In this document: positions 25,552-34,918 of the stretch, one piece after another | Layout: each line of letters opens with the position of its first letter | How positions within the stretch are numbered: the first letter of the stretch is position 1 | NCBI GenBank assembly: GCA_035286125.1 | Contig: JAYKIS010000037.1 | Coordinates: forward strand, 5,365 to 69,364 | DNA: 64,000 bases | DNA from: Candidatus Sericytochromatia bacterium | GTDB taxonomy: Bacteria; Cyanobacteriota; Sericytochromatia; S15B-MN24; VGJW01 | Reading direction: 5' to 3' | Translations under genes and position numbers: made by a program | Notes under the pieces: generated by a model | Seen by the model: the letters and a program-made list of their open reading frames with translations, nothing else | Database searches by the model: none | What the model was told of the DNA's origin: nothing

Positions 25552-26742
25552 ATGCTCTCAAAAGCCATGACAGGGAGAACCGTGGACAACGGGATCATCC
25601 GGGGCCGTACCTGGTACCTGGATGTGCACGCCACGACCCCGGTCGCCGAGGAGGTCCTGGCGGCGATGTGGCCCTGGTTCTCCGAGCGGTTCGGCAATCC
25701 CGCATCCTCGGGGCACGCCTGGGGCTGGGAAGCCCGGGGCGGTCTGGAGGGTGCCCGCGACCGGCTTGCCGGCCTCCTGGCCGTCGCGTCCGGCGAACTG
25801 GTCTTCACGAGCGGGGCGACCGAGGCCAACCACCTTGCCCTCACGGGTGTCCTCGAGGCGGCCGGGGTCGGAAGCCGCCTCATCTGCCAGCCGACCGAGC
25901 ACGCCTCGGTCCTCGAGGTCGCCCGTCGCTGGGGGCGGCAGGGCGGACGCGTGACGTTCCTGCCTGTGGACGGGGACGGCATGGTACCGCCCGAGGCCCT
26001 CGAGGATGCCCTGCGCGATCCGGCTGCCCTTGTCTCCGTGATGGCGGCCAACAACGAGATAGGGACGCTTCAACCCCTGGCGGAGCTGGGTGCCCTGTGT
26101 CGTGCGGCCGGCGTACCGCTGCATGCCGATGGCGCTCAGATACCGGGGCGCGTTCCCCTGGGGCAGGTTGTCCCGCACGTGGCCTTGTTGTCGCTTTCAG
26201 CCCACAAGGCCTATGGTCCCAAGGGAGTCGGCCTGCTCATGGTGAGGCGCCGGGGCCCAAGGGTTCGCCTCGAGCCGCAGGTCCTCGGGGGCGGACAGGA
26301 GGGGGGGCGTCGGGGAGGTACCGTCCCCGTGCCCTTGGTCGTCGGCCTCGCTGCCGCTCTGGACAGGGCAGAGGCTGGTGTCGGGGCGTGGTCGCGTCGG
26401 GGGCGCGATGCCGCGGCTTGCTGGCGCCGTGTCGTGGACGACGCCTTGCCGGGTGTCCGGTGGCTGGGCCATGCCGACCGTCGCCTGCCCGGCCACCTTG
26501 CCTTCGTGTTGCCGGACCGCACGGCGACGGATCTGATGCGCGCCTGCCCCGAGCTCGGGCTCTCCAGCGGCGCTGCGTGCCAATCCGGTGCGCCCAGCCA
26601 CGTCCTGCAGGCCTTGGGCTTCACGGCGGCCGAGGCTGGCCGCATGGTCAGGCTCGGCTGGGGTCCCCATCTCGACGAAAAGGACCCCGAGCTTGTGGCC
26701 GGGGTCCTCGAGCGCGGCCTTGGATGCCGCGGCTTGGCCTAG
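25552..26742 (+). CDS. Cysteine desulfurase (NifS/IscS class V aminotransferase)
   Basis: PLP-lysine motif SLSAHKAYGPKG and catalytic-Cys loop SSGAAC. This is only the last ~397 codons of the 1509-aa track ORF. The start could be ATG 25552 or ATG 25567. Confidence 0.85.
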   Translation: MLSKAMTGRTVDNGIIRGRTWYLDVHATTPVAEEVLAAMWPWFSERFGNPASSGHAWGWEARGGLEGARDRLAGLLAVASGELVFTSGATEANHLALTGVLEAAGVGSRLICQPTEHASVLEVARRWGRQGGRVTFLPVDGDGMVPPEALEDALRDPAALVSVMAANNEIGTLQPLAELGALCRAAGVPLHADGAQIPGRVPLGQVVPHVALLSLSAHKAYGPKGVGLLMVRRRGPRVRLEPQVLGGGQEGGRRGGTVPVPLVVGLAAALDRAEAGVGAWSRRGRDAAACWRRVVDDALPGVRWLGHADRRLPGHLAFVLPDRTATDLMRACPELGLSSGAACQSGAPSHVLQALGFTAAEAGRMVRLGWGPHLDEKDPELVAGVLERGLGCRGLA

Positions 26743-26891
26743 GCGGCCTGGGGGACGGCGAGGTCCAGGGTCTGGCCGCACACGCAGGCGGTCACCTCAC
26801 CGCGGACAGGCTCCACGTGAAGGATGATGCCGCAGGTGGCGCACTGGACCTCGAGGGCCGTGGTCGCGCGGGTTGGCAAGGACTTGAACAA
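26739..26891 (-). CDS. Small zinc-ribbon protein (50 aa), absent from the ORF track
   Basis: TTG start 6 nt after an AAGGAG RBS. Sequence MFKSLPTRATTALEVQCATCGIILHVEPVRGEVTACVCGQTLDLAVPQAA. By hand count 45 of 49 third positions are G/C. CxxC...CxC spacing fits a zinc ribbon. Confidence 0.5.
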   Translation of the reverse strand: MFKSLPTRATTALEVQCATCGIILHVEPVRGEVTACVCGQTLDLAVPQAA

Positions 26892-27005
26892 CAGTGGCTC
26901 CTTCCGGATTGCGCACGTGTCCCGCCCGTGGGGTACGAGACGATGCGTGCCAAGGTTGATTTTACCCAGCTATCCGGCTCACGAGTCAATGACAGCGGAG
27001 GATCC

Positions 27006-27485
27006 GTGGCTCCCGATGACCTGATCGCGACGGCCCTCGCCCCAGCCGTGGCCATGTCCACCGGGGCCATCCTCGCCACGAGCCTTCAAGGCCGCTTCTC
27101 GTCCATCGTCGATCGCATCCGGGAACTGGCCGCCGAACGCCGTCAGTTGCGGACCCAGGTGGCCTTGTCCGAACCCGAGGGTGCGCGCCTTGCACGCATC
27201 GAGCGGCAGTTGCCCCTGATGGTGGCCCGTGGACGCTGGGTTCAGGCCTCTGTCGTCTTCTTCTACGGGGGCATCGCTGCTTTCCTCGCCTGCACCCTTG
27301 CCTTGGCCTTCGCGGCGCGTCGTGTCCCGGGCGCGTGGCGTCCGGCTGCCGAGGTCTGCTTCCTCGTGGGCCTGTCGGGACTGCTTGCCGGCGTGGTGAC
27401 CGAAATTCTCGAAATGCGCCTCGCCTTCCGGGTCGTTCGGGTCGAGGTCGGTGGCGAGGGTCCGGCGACCACCCGGGCGACATGA
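27006..27485 (+). CDS. DUF2721-like membrane protein
   Basis: GTG start after GGAGGA. Hydrophobic helix, then a charged coiled segment (RIRELAAERRQLR...), then two TM helices, which is the DUF2721 layout. This is only the tail of the 682-aa track ORF. Confidence 0.6.
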   Translation: MAPDDLIATALAPAVAMSTGAILATSLQGRFSSIVDRIRELAAERRQLRTQVALSEPEGARLARIERQLPLMVARGRWVQASVVFFYGGIAAFLACTLALAFAARRVPGAWRPAAEVCFLVGLSGLLAGVVTEILEMRLAFRVVRVEVGGEGPATTRAT

Positions 27486-27502
27486 CCTGCTAGCATGCCG
27501 GC

Positions 27503-27826
27503 ATGAGCGATGCGGTACGCGTGGGACGGGTGGACGAGATCCCCGAGGGCACCTGGAAGGTGGTCACGGTCGGCGAGCATGAGGTGGTCGTGGTTCATGC
27601 CGAGGGGGGCTTCTGGGCCATCGACGATGCGTGTCCCCATCGCGGGGGCCCCTTGTCCAAGGGCTTCCTCGAGGGGCGTAACCTCTACTGCCCCCTGCAT
27701 GGCTGGCCCTTCGACATCACGACCGGCGAGATGCCGGGCAGTCCCGACCTCTGTGTCGCCCGGTTCCCCGTGACCGTCACCGGTGATGAGGTCTTCGTGG
27801 GGCCCGGTCCTCTGGGCCAGGGCTGA
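27503..27826 (+). CDS. Rieske [2Fe-2S] domain protein (NirD-like small subunit)
   Basis: Rieske ligand motifs CPHRGGPL and CPLHGW. 107 aa. Confidence 0.85.
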   Translation: MSDAVRVGRVDEIPEGTWKVVTVGEHEVVVVHAEGGFWAIDDACPHRGGPLSKGFLEGRNLYCPLHGWPFDITTGEMPGSPDLCVARFPVTVTGDEVFVGPGPLGQG

Positions 27827-27969
27827 TTCGGCGGCGTCGGCCCTACAGGCCGAGAGAGGCCTCGAGCAAGCCCAGCCGGGCGTCCAGCACCGCCATGCAG
27901 GCGATCAGTTCGGGACTGGGTTCCGGCTGGCAGGAGGATTCGGGGCGGGCGACGGCCATGCCTTATTCT

Positions 27970-27989
27970 AGGAGGCGTGGCCGCCTCCT
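27970..27989. terminator. Perfect 8-bp stem-loop immediately after the acs stop
   Basis: AGGAGGCG-TGGC-CGCCTCCT. There is no U-tract on either strand, so its function is uncertain. Confidence 0.35.
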
Positions 27990-27990
27990 G

Positions 27991-29982
27991 TCACCCTTCG
28001 TCGTCCTGACGGAGCGTCGCGAGGACGGACAGGTCCTCGAGTGTCGTCGTATCCCCGAAGGCCTCGCCGCCACCGGCGAGTTCCCGCAGCAGGCGCCGCA
28101 TGATCTTGCCGGACCGGGTCTTGGGGAGGGCGTCGGTGAATCGGACGTCCTCGGGGCGCGCGATGGCGCCGATTTCGGTGGCGACATGGTTGCGAAGCTC
28201 GGCTTTCAGGGCCTCGTCGCCCTTGCGCCCAGCCTTGAGGGTCACGAAGGCGACGACGGCCGTGCCCTTGACCTCGTCGGGCCGACCGACGACGGCTGCC
28301 TCGGCCACTGCGGCGTGGCTGACGAGGGCCGATTCGATTTCCATCGTCCCGAGGCGATGGCCCGCGACATTGATGACATCGTCCACCCGCCCCATGATCC
28401 AGTAGCAGCCCTCGGCATCCCGGCGGGCCCCGTCACCGGTGAAGTAGCTGCCGGGGACCTGAGACCAGTACTGGGCCAGGTAGCGGGCGTGGTCGCCGTG
28501 GATGGTCCGGGCCATCGAGGGCCACGCCTCCCGGATGACGAGGTAGCCGCCCTGGCCGTCCGGAACGGGTTGTCCCTGACCGTCGACGATATCGGGCTTG
28601 ATCCCGAAGAACGGCTGGGTCGCCGACCCCGGGCGCGTCGTGGTGATGCCGGGCAGCGGAGCAATCATGACCGCCCCGGTTTCCGTCTGCCACCACGTGT
28701 CGACGATCGGGCAGCGTTCACCGCCTATCGTGCGGTGGTACCACATCCAGGCCTCGGGGTTGATGGGTTCGCCGACCGTGCCCAGCAGGCGCAGCGTGCT
28801 CATGTCGTGGCGTGCAGGATGGTCGTCGCCCAGCCTCATGAAGGTACGGATGGCCGTCGGGGCGGTGTAGAGGATGGTGATGCCCCAGCGCGCGATCATC
28901 GACCAGAAGCGATCCGGCCCCGGATACAGCGGGGCGCCCTCGTACATGAAGACCGTGGCACCCGAGAGCAAGGGGCCGTAAACGACGTAGCTGTGGCCCG
29001 TGATCCAGCCCACGTCTGCCGTGCACCAATAGACGTCCTGCTCCTTCAGGTCGAAGATGAACCGCGAGGTCAGGAAGACCTGGGTCATGTAGCCCCCGGT
29101 GGTGTGAACCAGGCCCTTGGGCTTGCCCGTCGTGCCACTGGTGTAGAGGATGAAAAGCCGGTCTTCGGCACCTACGGGCACGGCCTCGTGCTGCTCGCCC
29201 ACCTGGCTGCGGCGCTCGTGCCACCAGAGGTCCCGGCCCTCGGTCCACGCGACGGGCGTGCCGGTGCGTCGCACGACGAGGACGTGTTCGAGCGTGGGGA
29301 TGGACGGTGCGGCCGCATCGACCTGCGCCTTGAGCTGGACCACCTGGCCTCGGCGCCACCCCCCGTCGGCGGTGATGATGGCCCGGGCTCCCGCGTCGTT
29401 CATGCGGTCCTTGAGTGCTTCGGCGCTGAAGCCGCCGAAGACCACGGAATGGACCAGGCCCAGTCGGGCGCAAGCCAGCATCGCGATGGCTGCCTCGGGC
29501 ACCATCGGCATGTAGATGCCGACGCAATCCCCCTTGGCGAGCCCGAGTTCCGACAGGACCAGCGCCATCCTGCAGACTTCGCGGTGCAGTTCGAGGTAGG
29601 TCAGCGTGCGGGTGTCGCCTGGTTCGCCTTCCCAGATGATGGCGGCCCGATTCCGCGCCGGTCCGTCGAGATGGCGGTCGAGGCAGTTGTAGGCGAGATT
29701 CGTCGTGCCGTCCTCGAACCAGCGCGTTTCGGGTCCGGAACCGGATCGCACCGTCTGGAACGGCCGGAACCAGTGCAGCTCGCGCGCGACCTCGCGCCAG
29801 AAGACCTCAGGCACTTCCCGGGACAGGGCCTGCAGACGTTCATGGCGGTCCGGATCCCCGACTGCGGCGGTACGGCTGAAGCCCTCGGGCGGGGGGAAGG
29901 CCCTGGACTCATGCAGCACCGAGGCGATCGCGGCCGGTTCCTGGGGCATGGGGCGCTCCTTGTTGTCGGGATTGCCCGACAT
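27991..29982 (-). CDS. acs: Acetyl-CoA synthetase
   Basis: AMP-binding motif [11 protein letters not shown], plus [22 protein letters not shown] and [11 protein letters not shown]. Start at ATG 29982, or at ATG 29949 with a GGAG RBS. The track ORF extends to 31797 and that extension is spurious. Confidence 0.95.
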   Translation of the reverse strand: MSGNPDNKERPMPQEPAAIASVLHESRAFPPPEGFSRTAAVGDPDRHERLQALSREVPEVFWREVARELHWFRPFQTVRSGSGPETRWFEDGTTNLAYNCLDRHLDGPARNRAAIIWEGEPGDTRTLTYLELHREVCRMALVLSELGLAKGDCVGIYMPMVPEAAIAMLACARLGLVHSVVFGGFSAEALKDRMNDAGARAIITADGGWRRGQVVQLKAQVDAAAPSIPTLEHVLVVRRTGTPVAWTEGRDLWWHERRSQVGEQHEAVPVGAEDRLFILYTSGTTGKPKGLVHTTGGYMTQVFLTSRFIFDLKEQDVYWCTADVGWITGHSYVVYGPLLSGATVFMYEGAPLYPGPDRFWSMIARWGITILYTAPTAIRTFMRLGDDHPARHDMSTLRLLGTVGEPINPEAWMWYHRTIGGERCPIVDTWWQTETGAVMIAPLPGITTTRPGSATQPFFGIKPDIVDGQGQPVPDGQGGYLVIREAWPSMARTIHGDHARYLAQYWSQVPGSYFTGDGARRDAEGCYWIMGRVDDVINVAGHRLGTMEIESALVSHAAVAEAAVVGRPDEVKGTAVVAFVTLKAGRKGDEALKAELRNHVATEIGAIARPEDVRFTDALPKTRSGKIMRRLLRELAGGGEAFGDTTTLEDLSVLATLRQDDEG

Positions 29983-30033
29983 TGTGCCTGAGCCCCGGAT
30001 GAGGTGACAAACTCCGTGACGCTGGCTTGAAGG

Positions 30034-31530
30034 GTGCAGATACCTGCCGCCGTGGGGCATAACATGGGAGATTGTCCGGCGGTCGCATCCGCCGGGCAGG
30101 GAGACGCTGCCTTGTCCCAACAGGACCTCTTGACCCCGGCCCCGGCCCCTCGCACGGTCGTGGCCCGCCTGATCGCCCAACGCTACGGTCGGGTTCTGGA
30201 TGGCGACATGGCCGAGATGGCCCTCGAGCGCCTGGGGCGTCCCGGCGAGGAGCCCGAGGCCACGGCGCAACGTCTCGTCCGGGATCCCGAGGCCCACGAG
30301 CAGGACCTTATCCGCATGGCTGCGGTGGGCGAGACGTGGTTCTTCCGGGACCCTCTGCATTTCAGGTTGCTCGAGGAGGAACTGCTTCCCCGGTTGCTCC
30401 GGGATCTGTCGCGGCCCATCGTGGCGTGGGTGGCCGGCTGTTCGACGGGTGAAGAGGCCTACAGCCTTGCCATTGCGGCGCGACGGGTCCTGGGTGACGA
30501 GGCCCCCCACCGCATCCGCATCCTGGCCACCGATCTCAACCCGGCCTTCATCCAGCGTGCCCGCGCTGGCCTGTTCCTGAAGCGCAGCTTCCGGGGCACG
30601 ACGCTCGAGGACCTTGCCCCGTGGCTCGACGCCGAACCGGACGGCTACCGCGTCAAGGCCGAGGTGCGCGAGATGGTGACCTTCGCGACGCACAACCTTG
30701 TGCCTGACGAGGGCTACCAGACGCTGCTCGAAGGTCAGGCCGACATCGTCCTCTGTCGCAACGTGCTCGCCTACTTCGCCAAGGACACGTGTCGCTCCGT
30801 CAACCGCAAGCTTGCAGCGTGCGTGGCACCCGGCGGGGCCTTGCTGCTCGGGCCGGCCGAGACGGTACTGCACGACGCGGGTGCCCTTCGCCTCGAGCAA
30901 CGCGATGGTCTGTTCTATTACACCAGACCCGCGGATTCGGTTCCGGGCTCGATGCCGCCCGACATGCCCCTCCCGAGGGCCGTGCGCGCCGCCGAGTTCC
31001 GGCGGGCCACGGGTTTCCTCGGGGCGACCCCGCGGGCTCCGTATCACGGGGGCACCGGTCCCCTGCAACCGCTGCCGTTCCGCGCCGAGGTGGCCGAGGA
31101 GCCTTCGCCGGATGAGGGCCTGCTGGGTGAGGCGCTCATGCTGATTGATGTCGGCAATCTCGCCGACGCCGTCGTGCTGTGCCAGGCCGCGCTCGAGGAG
31201 GATCCCTGTCGTCCGGCTGCGCACTTCCTGCTTGGCCTTGCCCGTCGCCTTCAGGGCTCCTACCAGGAAGCCGTCCACCTGTTCCGGGCCGCCGCCTATC
31301 TCCAGCCCGATGACTGGCTCGCGCCGTTCCACCTTGCCGAGTCCTACCGCTCGCTGGATCGCTGGGACGAGGCCATCCGCGAGTACCGCAGCTGTCTGGC
31401 CCGCATGGATGCCGGACAGGTCGAGCCTGCCCCGGCCCTGCTCGGCGGCTTCTCCATCGCGTACTTCCGCAAGGCCTGCGAGCGCCACATCGAGCAGCTG
31501 GGCGAGATCCTGAGCGAACCCTCGGCGTGA
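30034..31530 (+). CDS. cheR: CheR-type protein-glutamate O-methyltransferase with C-terminal TPR repeats
   Basis: [27 protein letters not shown] and [19 protein letters not shown] motifs. The C-terminal ~150 aa are TPR-like. The start is uncertain: GTG 30034 or ATG 30064. Confidence 0.8.
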   Translation: MQIPAAVGHNMGDCPAVASAGQGDAALSQQDLLTPAPAPRTVVARLIAQRYGRVLDGDMAEMALERLGRPGEEPEATAQRLVRDPEAHEQDLIRMAAVGETWFFRDPLHFRLLEEELLPRLLRDLSRPIVAWVAGCSTGEEAYSLAIAARRVLGDEAPHRIRILATDLNPAFIQRARAGLFLKRSFRGTTLEDLAPWLDAEPDGYRVKAEVREMVTFATHNLVPDEGYQTLLEGQADIVLCRNVLAYFAKDTCRSVNRKLAACVAPGGALLLGPAETVLHDAGALRLEQRDGLFYYTRPADSVPGSMPPDMPLPRAVRAAEFRRATGFLGATPRAPYHGGTGPLQPLPFRAEVAEEPSPDEGLLGEALMLIDVGNLADAVVLCQAALEEDPCRPAAHFLLGLARRLQGSYQEAVHLFRAAAYLQPDDWLAPFHLAESYRSLDRWDEAIREYRSCLARMDAGQVEPAPALLGGFSIAYFRKACERHIEQLGEILSEPSA

Positions 31531-31598
31531 TGCTTTTGGCTCTGCCCGACTGACGCACGTCACCGAGGTTCTTCCGCTCGTCCGCCACAATCGGGCGT

Positions 31599-32942
31599 AT
31601 GAAGCGCGTGTACGTGGATGCGACGGAACGTCTGGAACGGGCCGATCGCGGGGCCTATGCGCCCGGGGACTGGGCGCGGCTTGCCGGTGTGGCAGCCCGC
31701 ATGCGGGAGGGCTGGCCCCGCGAGGAGCTGTTGTCTCCTGCGGCCTTGCCACCCACGCGCCGCGTGCAGCCGGCCGAGGAGCGTGCTGTCCGCGCAATCG
31801 TGGGGCGCTGCGGGGATCGCGCCGTCCTGGCGTGGCCGGAAGCCTTGGCGCCCTGGGGGGTGGGTGAGCTGTTGCTGCGGGAGTGGCTCGTCCGCGATCC
31901 CGGCCGCATCCTGGTCCTGGCGGCTCCGGGCAGGCTCGAGGCGTGGCGGCGTGTCCTTGAGGGCGCAGGACCCCGCGTCCACTGCATCGCGCAGGGCGAG
32001 CCCCTGCCGGATGAAGCGTTCACGGGTTGGCTCGTGGATCGGTGCGATCGGGGGCTTGCCGAGTTGCCCCGACCGGATGGTGTGCGGCGTGTCGTCCTGC
32101 TGGCGCCCCGCCCGTGGCCGGAGGAAGTTGGCCTGGCCGCGCTCTCCGATTGGCTGGGCAAGCGTGATGTGCCCCTGGTGTCTCTCGAACAGGCCATGGT
32201 GGTCGAGGAGACGGCACCAGCCGTCACGCCTGCGGCAATCGAGGGACGGTTGGTCGCCGTTCGGCCCTCGATAGCCGAAGGGGCCCTTCTGGCCGAGGTT
32301 GCCGCCCTCTCGGACTGGTTGGTCGAGACGGGACGCCTCGACGCGGTCGAGATTGCCGGGCCGTGGGTTCGCTTGTTGGCGACGGCCGAGGCCTGGCCCG
32401 GAGCCATTCCCCAGGTTGCCGCCCACCTGCTGGATCGGGAACGTGAACCGTTGGCCAAGGCGCGCCTGCTCTCCCTGTTGCGCGCGGGCCTGGAGGCGTG
32501 GGAGGTCGGGCCATCCCTCGAGGGGACGTTGCAGGCTCTCGTAGCGACCAGTCATCTCAGGGTCCGCCTCGCGGTCGCAACCTCGGTGATGGGCGAAGCT
32601 CTTGCGGCCCGCATGCCGGCAGGCGTCGACGTGGTGGTCGATGGCGAGGTCGGTCCGGACGCGGTGCATGACCTCTGGTTGCACGCCGAGCCCGTCATGC
32701 ACCCCCTGGACATGGCCAGTCGTAACGCGACCGGTAGCCGCCACCATCACCTGGTCCTCGCCGGCGGGCGCCTGCATCGGTGGCTGGCTGCACTCGATGT
32801 CCGTGGCCTGCTCGATGCCTCAGGTCCGATGTGGGCCGAGTGGGTCGCGAGACTTCCGGTCGCGATGGGGCCGGTCGACATCTGGCGCAATCCCGAACAG
32901 GCTGCGAGCCGCCTGGCCTCCATCCGTGACCAACTGGGCTGA
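31599..32942 (+). CDS. Hypothetical protein; possibly a degenerate (catalytically dead) SNF2-like two-lobe helicase
   Basis: A real gene by GC3 and by tight coupling to the next ORF. By-eye spacing resembles SNF2 motifs with the catalytic residues replaced: [16 protein letters not shown] for [27 protein letters not shown] for LIVxPxSLxxNW, VVLLAPRPW for DEAH. The assignment is an inference. Confidence 0.6.
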   Translation: MKRVYVDATERLERADRGAYAPGDWARLAGVAARMREGWPREELLSPAALPPTRRVQPAEERAVRAIVGRCGDRAVLAWPEALAPWGVGELLLREWLVRDPGRILVLAAPGRLEAWRRVLEGAGPRVHCIAQGEPLPDEAFTGWLVDRCDRGLAELPRPDGVRRVVLLAPRPWPEEVGLAALSDWLGKRDVPLVSLEQAMVVEETAPAVTPAAIEGRLVAVRPSIAEGALLAEVAALSDWLVETGRLDAVEIAGPWVRLLATAEAWPGAIPQVAAHLLDREREPLAKARLLSLLRAGLEAWEVGPSLEGTLQALVATSHLRVRLAVATSVMGEALAARMPAGVDVVVDGEVGPDAVHDLWLHAEPVMHPLDMASRNATGSRHHHLVLAGGRLHRWLAALDVRGLLDASGPMWAEWVARLPVAMGPVDIWRNPEQAASRLASIRDQLG

Positions 32943-32956
32943 GGTTGGGCCCGAAC

Positions 32957-34918
32957 ATGCAGGATCCGACACTTCGTACCTTTACGCTTGACTTCTATCG
33001 GCGCCAGGGCGCCGATGCCTCCCCGCTCGACACCCAGCGGCGACGCTGGGAGGTGCGCCTGGGTGATCGGCGCTTCGATATCTCGTTTGCTGCCGGCGAG
33101 GACGCCGAGGCCATTGCCCCGGGTTCGCCGCGGCTCAAGGAGATTCTGGCGGAGTGCGAGGAGCGGGGGGCCGTCTCCCATCGCCACGTCGTCGTCGAGC
33201 CCATCGCCGATCCGGCCGCCCTGCTGCTGGGCGTGGCCCCCGAGGGCTGGATGCTTTCCCGCGTGCGGCTCGAGCGGGTCCGCACCCGGCGTGTCGTCGC
33301 CTTCTCCCATCGGGTCGCCTACGGTGCCGGTGTCTTGCCCCACCCCATCGAGGAGACACACGTCGACATCCTGGATCCCGTTACGGGCATGGCCTGCCCT
33401 GCCCTCGTCGACGCGTTGTCGGGCACCCAGGTCTTGCCGACCGATCCACCGCGCGACCTGCCGGCGCTGGGTCCGCTGCATGCTCGTGCGCTGGCCCTCG
33501 TCGACGCCCGGACCAGCGTCCGGGGAGAGGCCCTCGAGCGACAGCTTGGCGGCCGGCGCACCGAGTCCGTGACCCGCATCCGCCGGCACTACGGCTCGCT
33601 GCGCGAGGATGCCCGACAGCGGGAAATCCGCACCCTGGAGGAGAACCTGGCCAAGGTCCTAGGTGCCATCCGCGGTGCGTTGCCGGGCGATCTGGCCGAT
33701 CTGAGCCGGGAGGGTGCCGAGATGGCACGCCGTCTCGATGCGGCTCGCAAGGGGCAGACCGTTGCCCTGACTTCGCTGGCGCGTCTCGAGGAGGAGGCCG
33801 TCAGGGCCGAGGAGGCCGCGCACGAGGTCACGCTGACCACCGAACTCGTAGCCCTGCACGTCATCAGCTTCGATGAGGTCACCTACCTGGCACGCTTCGT
33901 GCGCCCGGCCGAGGAGAGCTTGCCGTCGGTCGAGTCTCCCGAGGTCCGTCTGGGCTACGTGCCTGTGACGCGCCAGATCCTGATGCCCGACTGCGGCGTC
34001 TGTGGCGAGGTCGTGGACGACCCCGTGATGACGGGCTCGCTGACCCTGGCCTGTCGGACATGCATCCGGGCTTGTCCCTCATGCAGCCGCCCTTGCGAGG
34101 ATCAGGGACAGGCCGTCACAGCCTGCGGCACTTGTTCGGTCGCGTTGTGTCCCGCTTGCGACGCGACCTGCGGGGATTGCCAGGAGCATGTCTGCGCGTC
34201 GGACCGTGCTGCCTGCGGAGCGTGCGGTGCCCCGGTGTGCGCAGGTTGTCGCGGAGTCTGTGCCGAGGACGGCGCGGTCGTCTGTACCGGTTGTCGCGTC
34301 GAGGCCGGTGGTGGCTTTGCCTGCCAGGCGCATCTGGGGACTTGCTCGGGTTGCGGGATCCGGGGCCTTGCCTCCGGCATGGTGCCGTGCGGAGTGTCCG
34401 GCGAACCGTCCTGCGCCTCGTGCCTCGGCAGTTGCGCTGCCTGTGGCGTCAAGGTCGCGCGTCGCCTGATGCTCGAGGGCGTCGGGGGGGCCTATTGTCC
34501 GGATCATGCGGGCACTTGCCGCACATGCTTCGAGGTCGTGCGTGCCGATGACCTCGGTACCTGTGCCTCGTGTGGCCGCCATCAGTGCGGAAGCCATCGG
34601 CCCGAATGCGTCTCGTGCGGCCTGCCTGCGTGCGGGGAATGCGCGACGGCGGAGCGGTGCGGTGTCTGCAGCCGTCTCGAGCCCCTGTCGATTGTGGATC
34701 CCCGGGCCAGGATGCTGGCCCGCGAACTGGGCTTGCGTGGCGTCCGGAACCTATTGCTGGCTGAGGTCGGCGGGTCCCGCGTCATCGAGTGGCAAGGCAG
34801 CCTGGGGCGCTGGGGACGCATGGCCTGGGACGCCTCGGGACGTCAGGTCGCGGCCTTCCGCTACGGACCCGTCACCGCCATGGTCCAGGAGGTCATGGCC
34901 CAGTTCCGGCCTGCTTGA
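32957..34918 (+). CDS. Hypothetical protein: YqhG-like N-region, coiled coil and a 17x CxxC poly-zinc-ribbon array
   Basis: ATG 32957 follows a GAGG that overlaps the upstream stop; the track start is TTG 32945. The N-terminus has IAPGSPRLKEIL. The middle is a heptad-like charged region. Residues encoded at 33992-34669 contain 41 Cys. Confidence 0.7.
   Translation: MQDPTLRTFTLDFYRRQGADASPLDTQRRRWEVRLGDRRFDISFAAGEDAEAIAPGSPRLKEILAECEERGAVSHRHVVVEPIADPAALLLGVAPEGWMLSRVRLERVRTRRVVAFSHRVAYGAGVLPHPIEETHVDILDPVTGMACPALVDALSGTQVLPTDPPRDLPALGPLHARALALVDARTSVRGEALERQLGGRRTESVTRIRRHYGSLREDARQREIRTLEENLAKVLGAIRGALPGDLADLSREGAEMARRLDAARKGQTVALTSLARLEEEAVRAEEAAHEVTLTTELVALHVISFDEVTYLARFVRPAEESLPSVESPEVRLGYVPVTRQILMPDCGVCGEVVDDPVMTGSLTLACRTCIRACPSCSRPCEDQGQAVTACGTCSVALCPACDATCGDCQEHVCASDRAACGACGAPVCAGCRGVCAEDGAVVCTGCRVEAGGGFACQAHLGTCSGCGIRGLASGMVPCGVSGEPSCASCLGSCAACGVKVARRLMLEGVGGAYCPDHAGTCRTCFEVVRADDLGTCASCGRHQCGSHRPECVSCGLPACGECATAERCGVCSRLEPLSIVDPRARMLARELGLRGVRNLLLAEVGGSRVIEWQGSLGRWGRMAWDASGRQVAAFRYGPVTAMVQEVMAQFRPA

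Noticed and set aside
22213-26742. 1509-aa ORF on the plus strand, the longest in the window
   Set aside because: About 1100 codons are antisense to the TPR and FliF/FliG-like genes and translate to Arg/Gly/His-rich low-complexity sequence. Only the last ~397 codons (25552-26742) carry cysteine desulfurase motifs. Stop-free antisense frames are expected in DNA this GC-rich.
25437-27005. Upstream 523 codons of the 682-aa ORF 25437..27485
   Set aside because: It overlaps the desulfurase gene out of frame. Only the terminal ~160 codons (27006-27485, with their own GGAGGA-GTG start) look like a real DUF2721-type membrane protein.
29983-31797. 600-codon N-terminal extension of the acs ORF (track ORF 27991..31797)
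   Set aside because: The extension is antisense to the well-supported CheR-TPR gene and has no family motifs. Acs has a canonical N-terminus and an RBS at 29949/29982.
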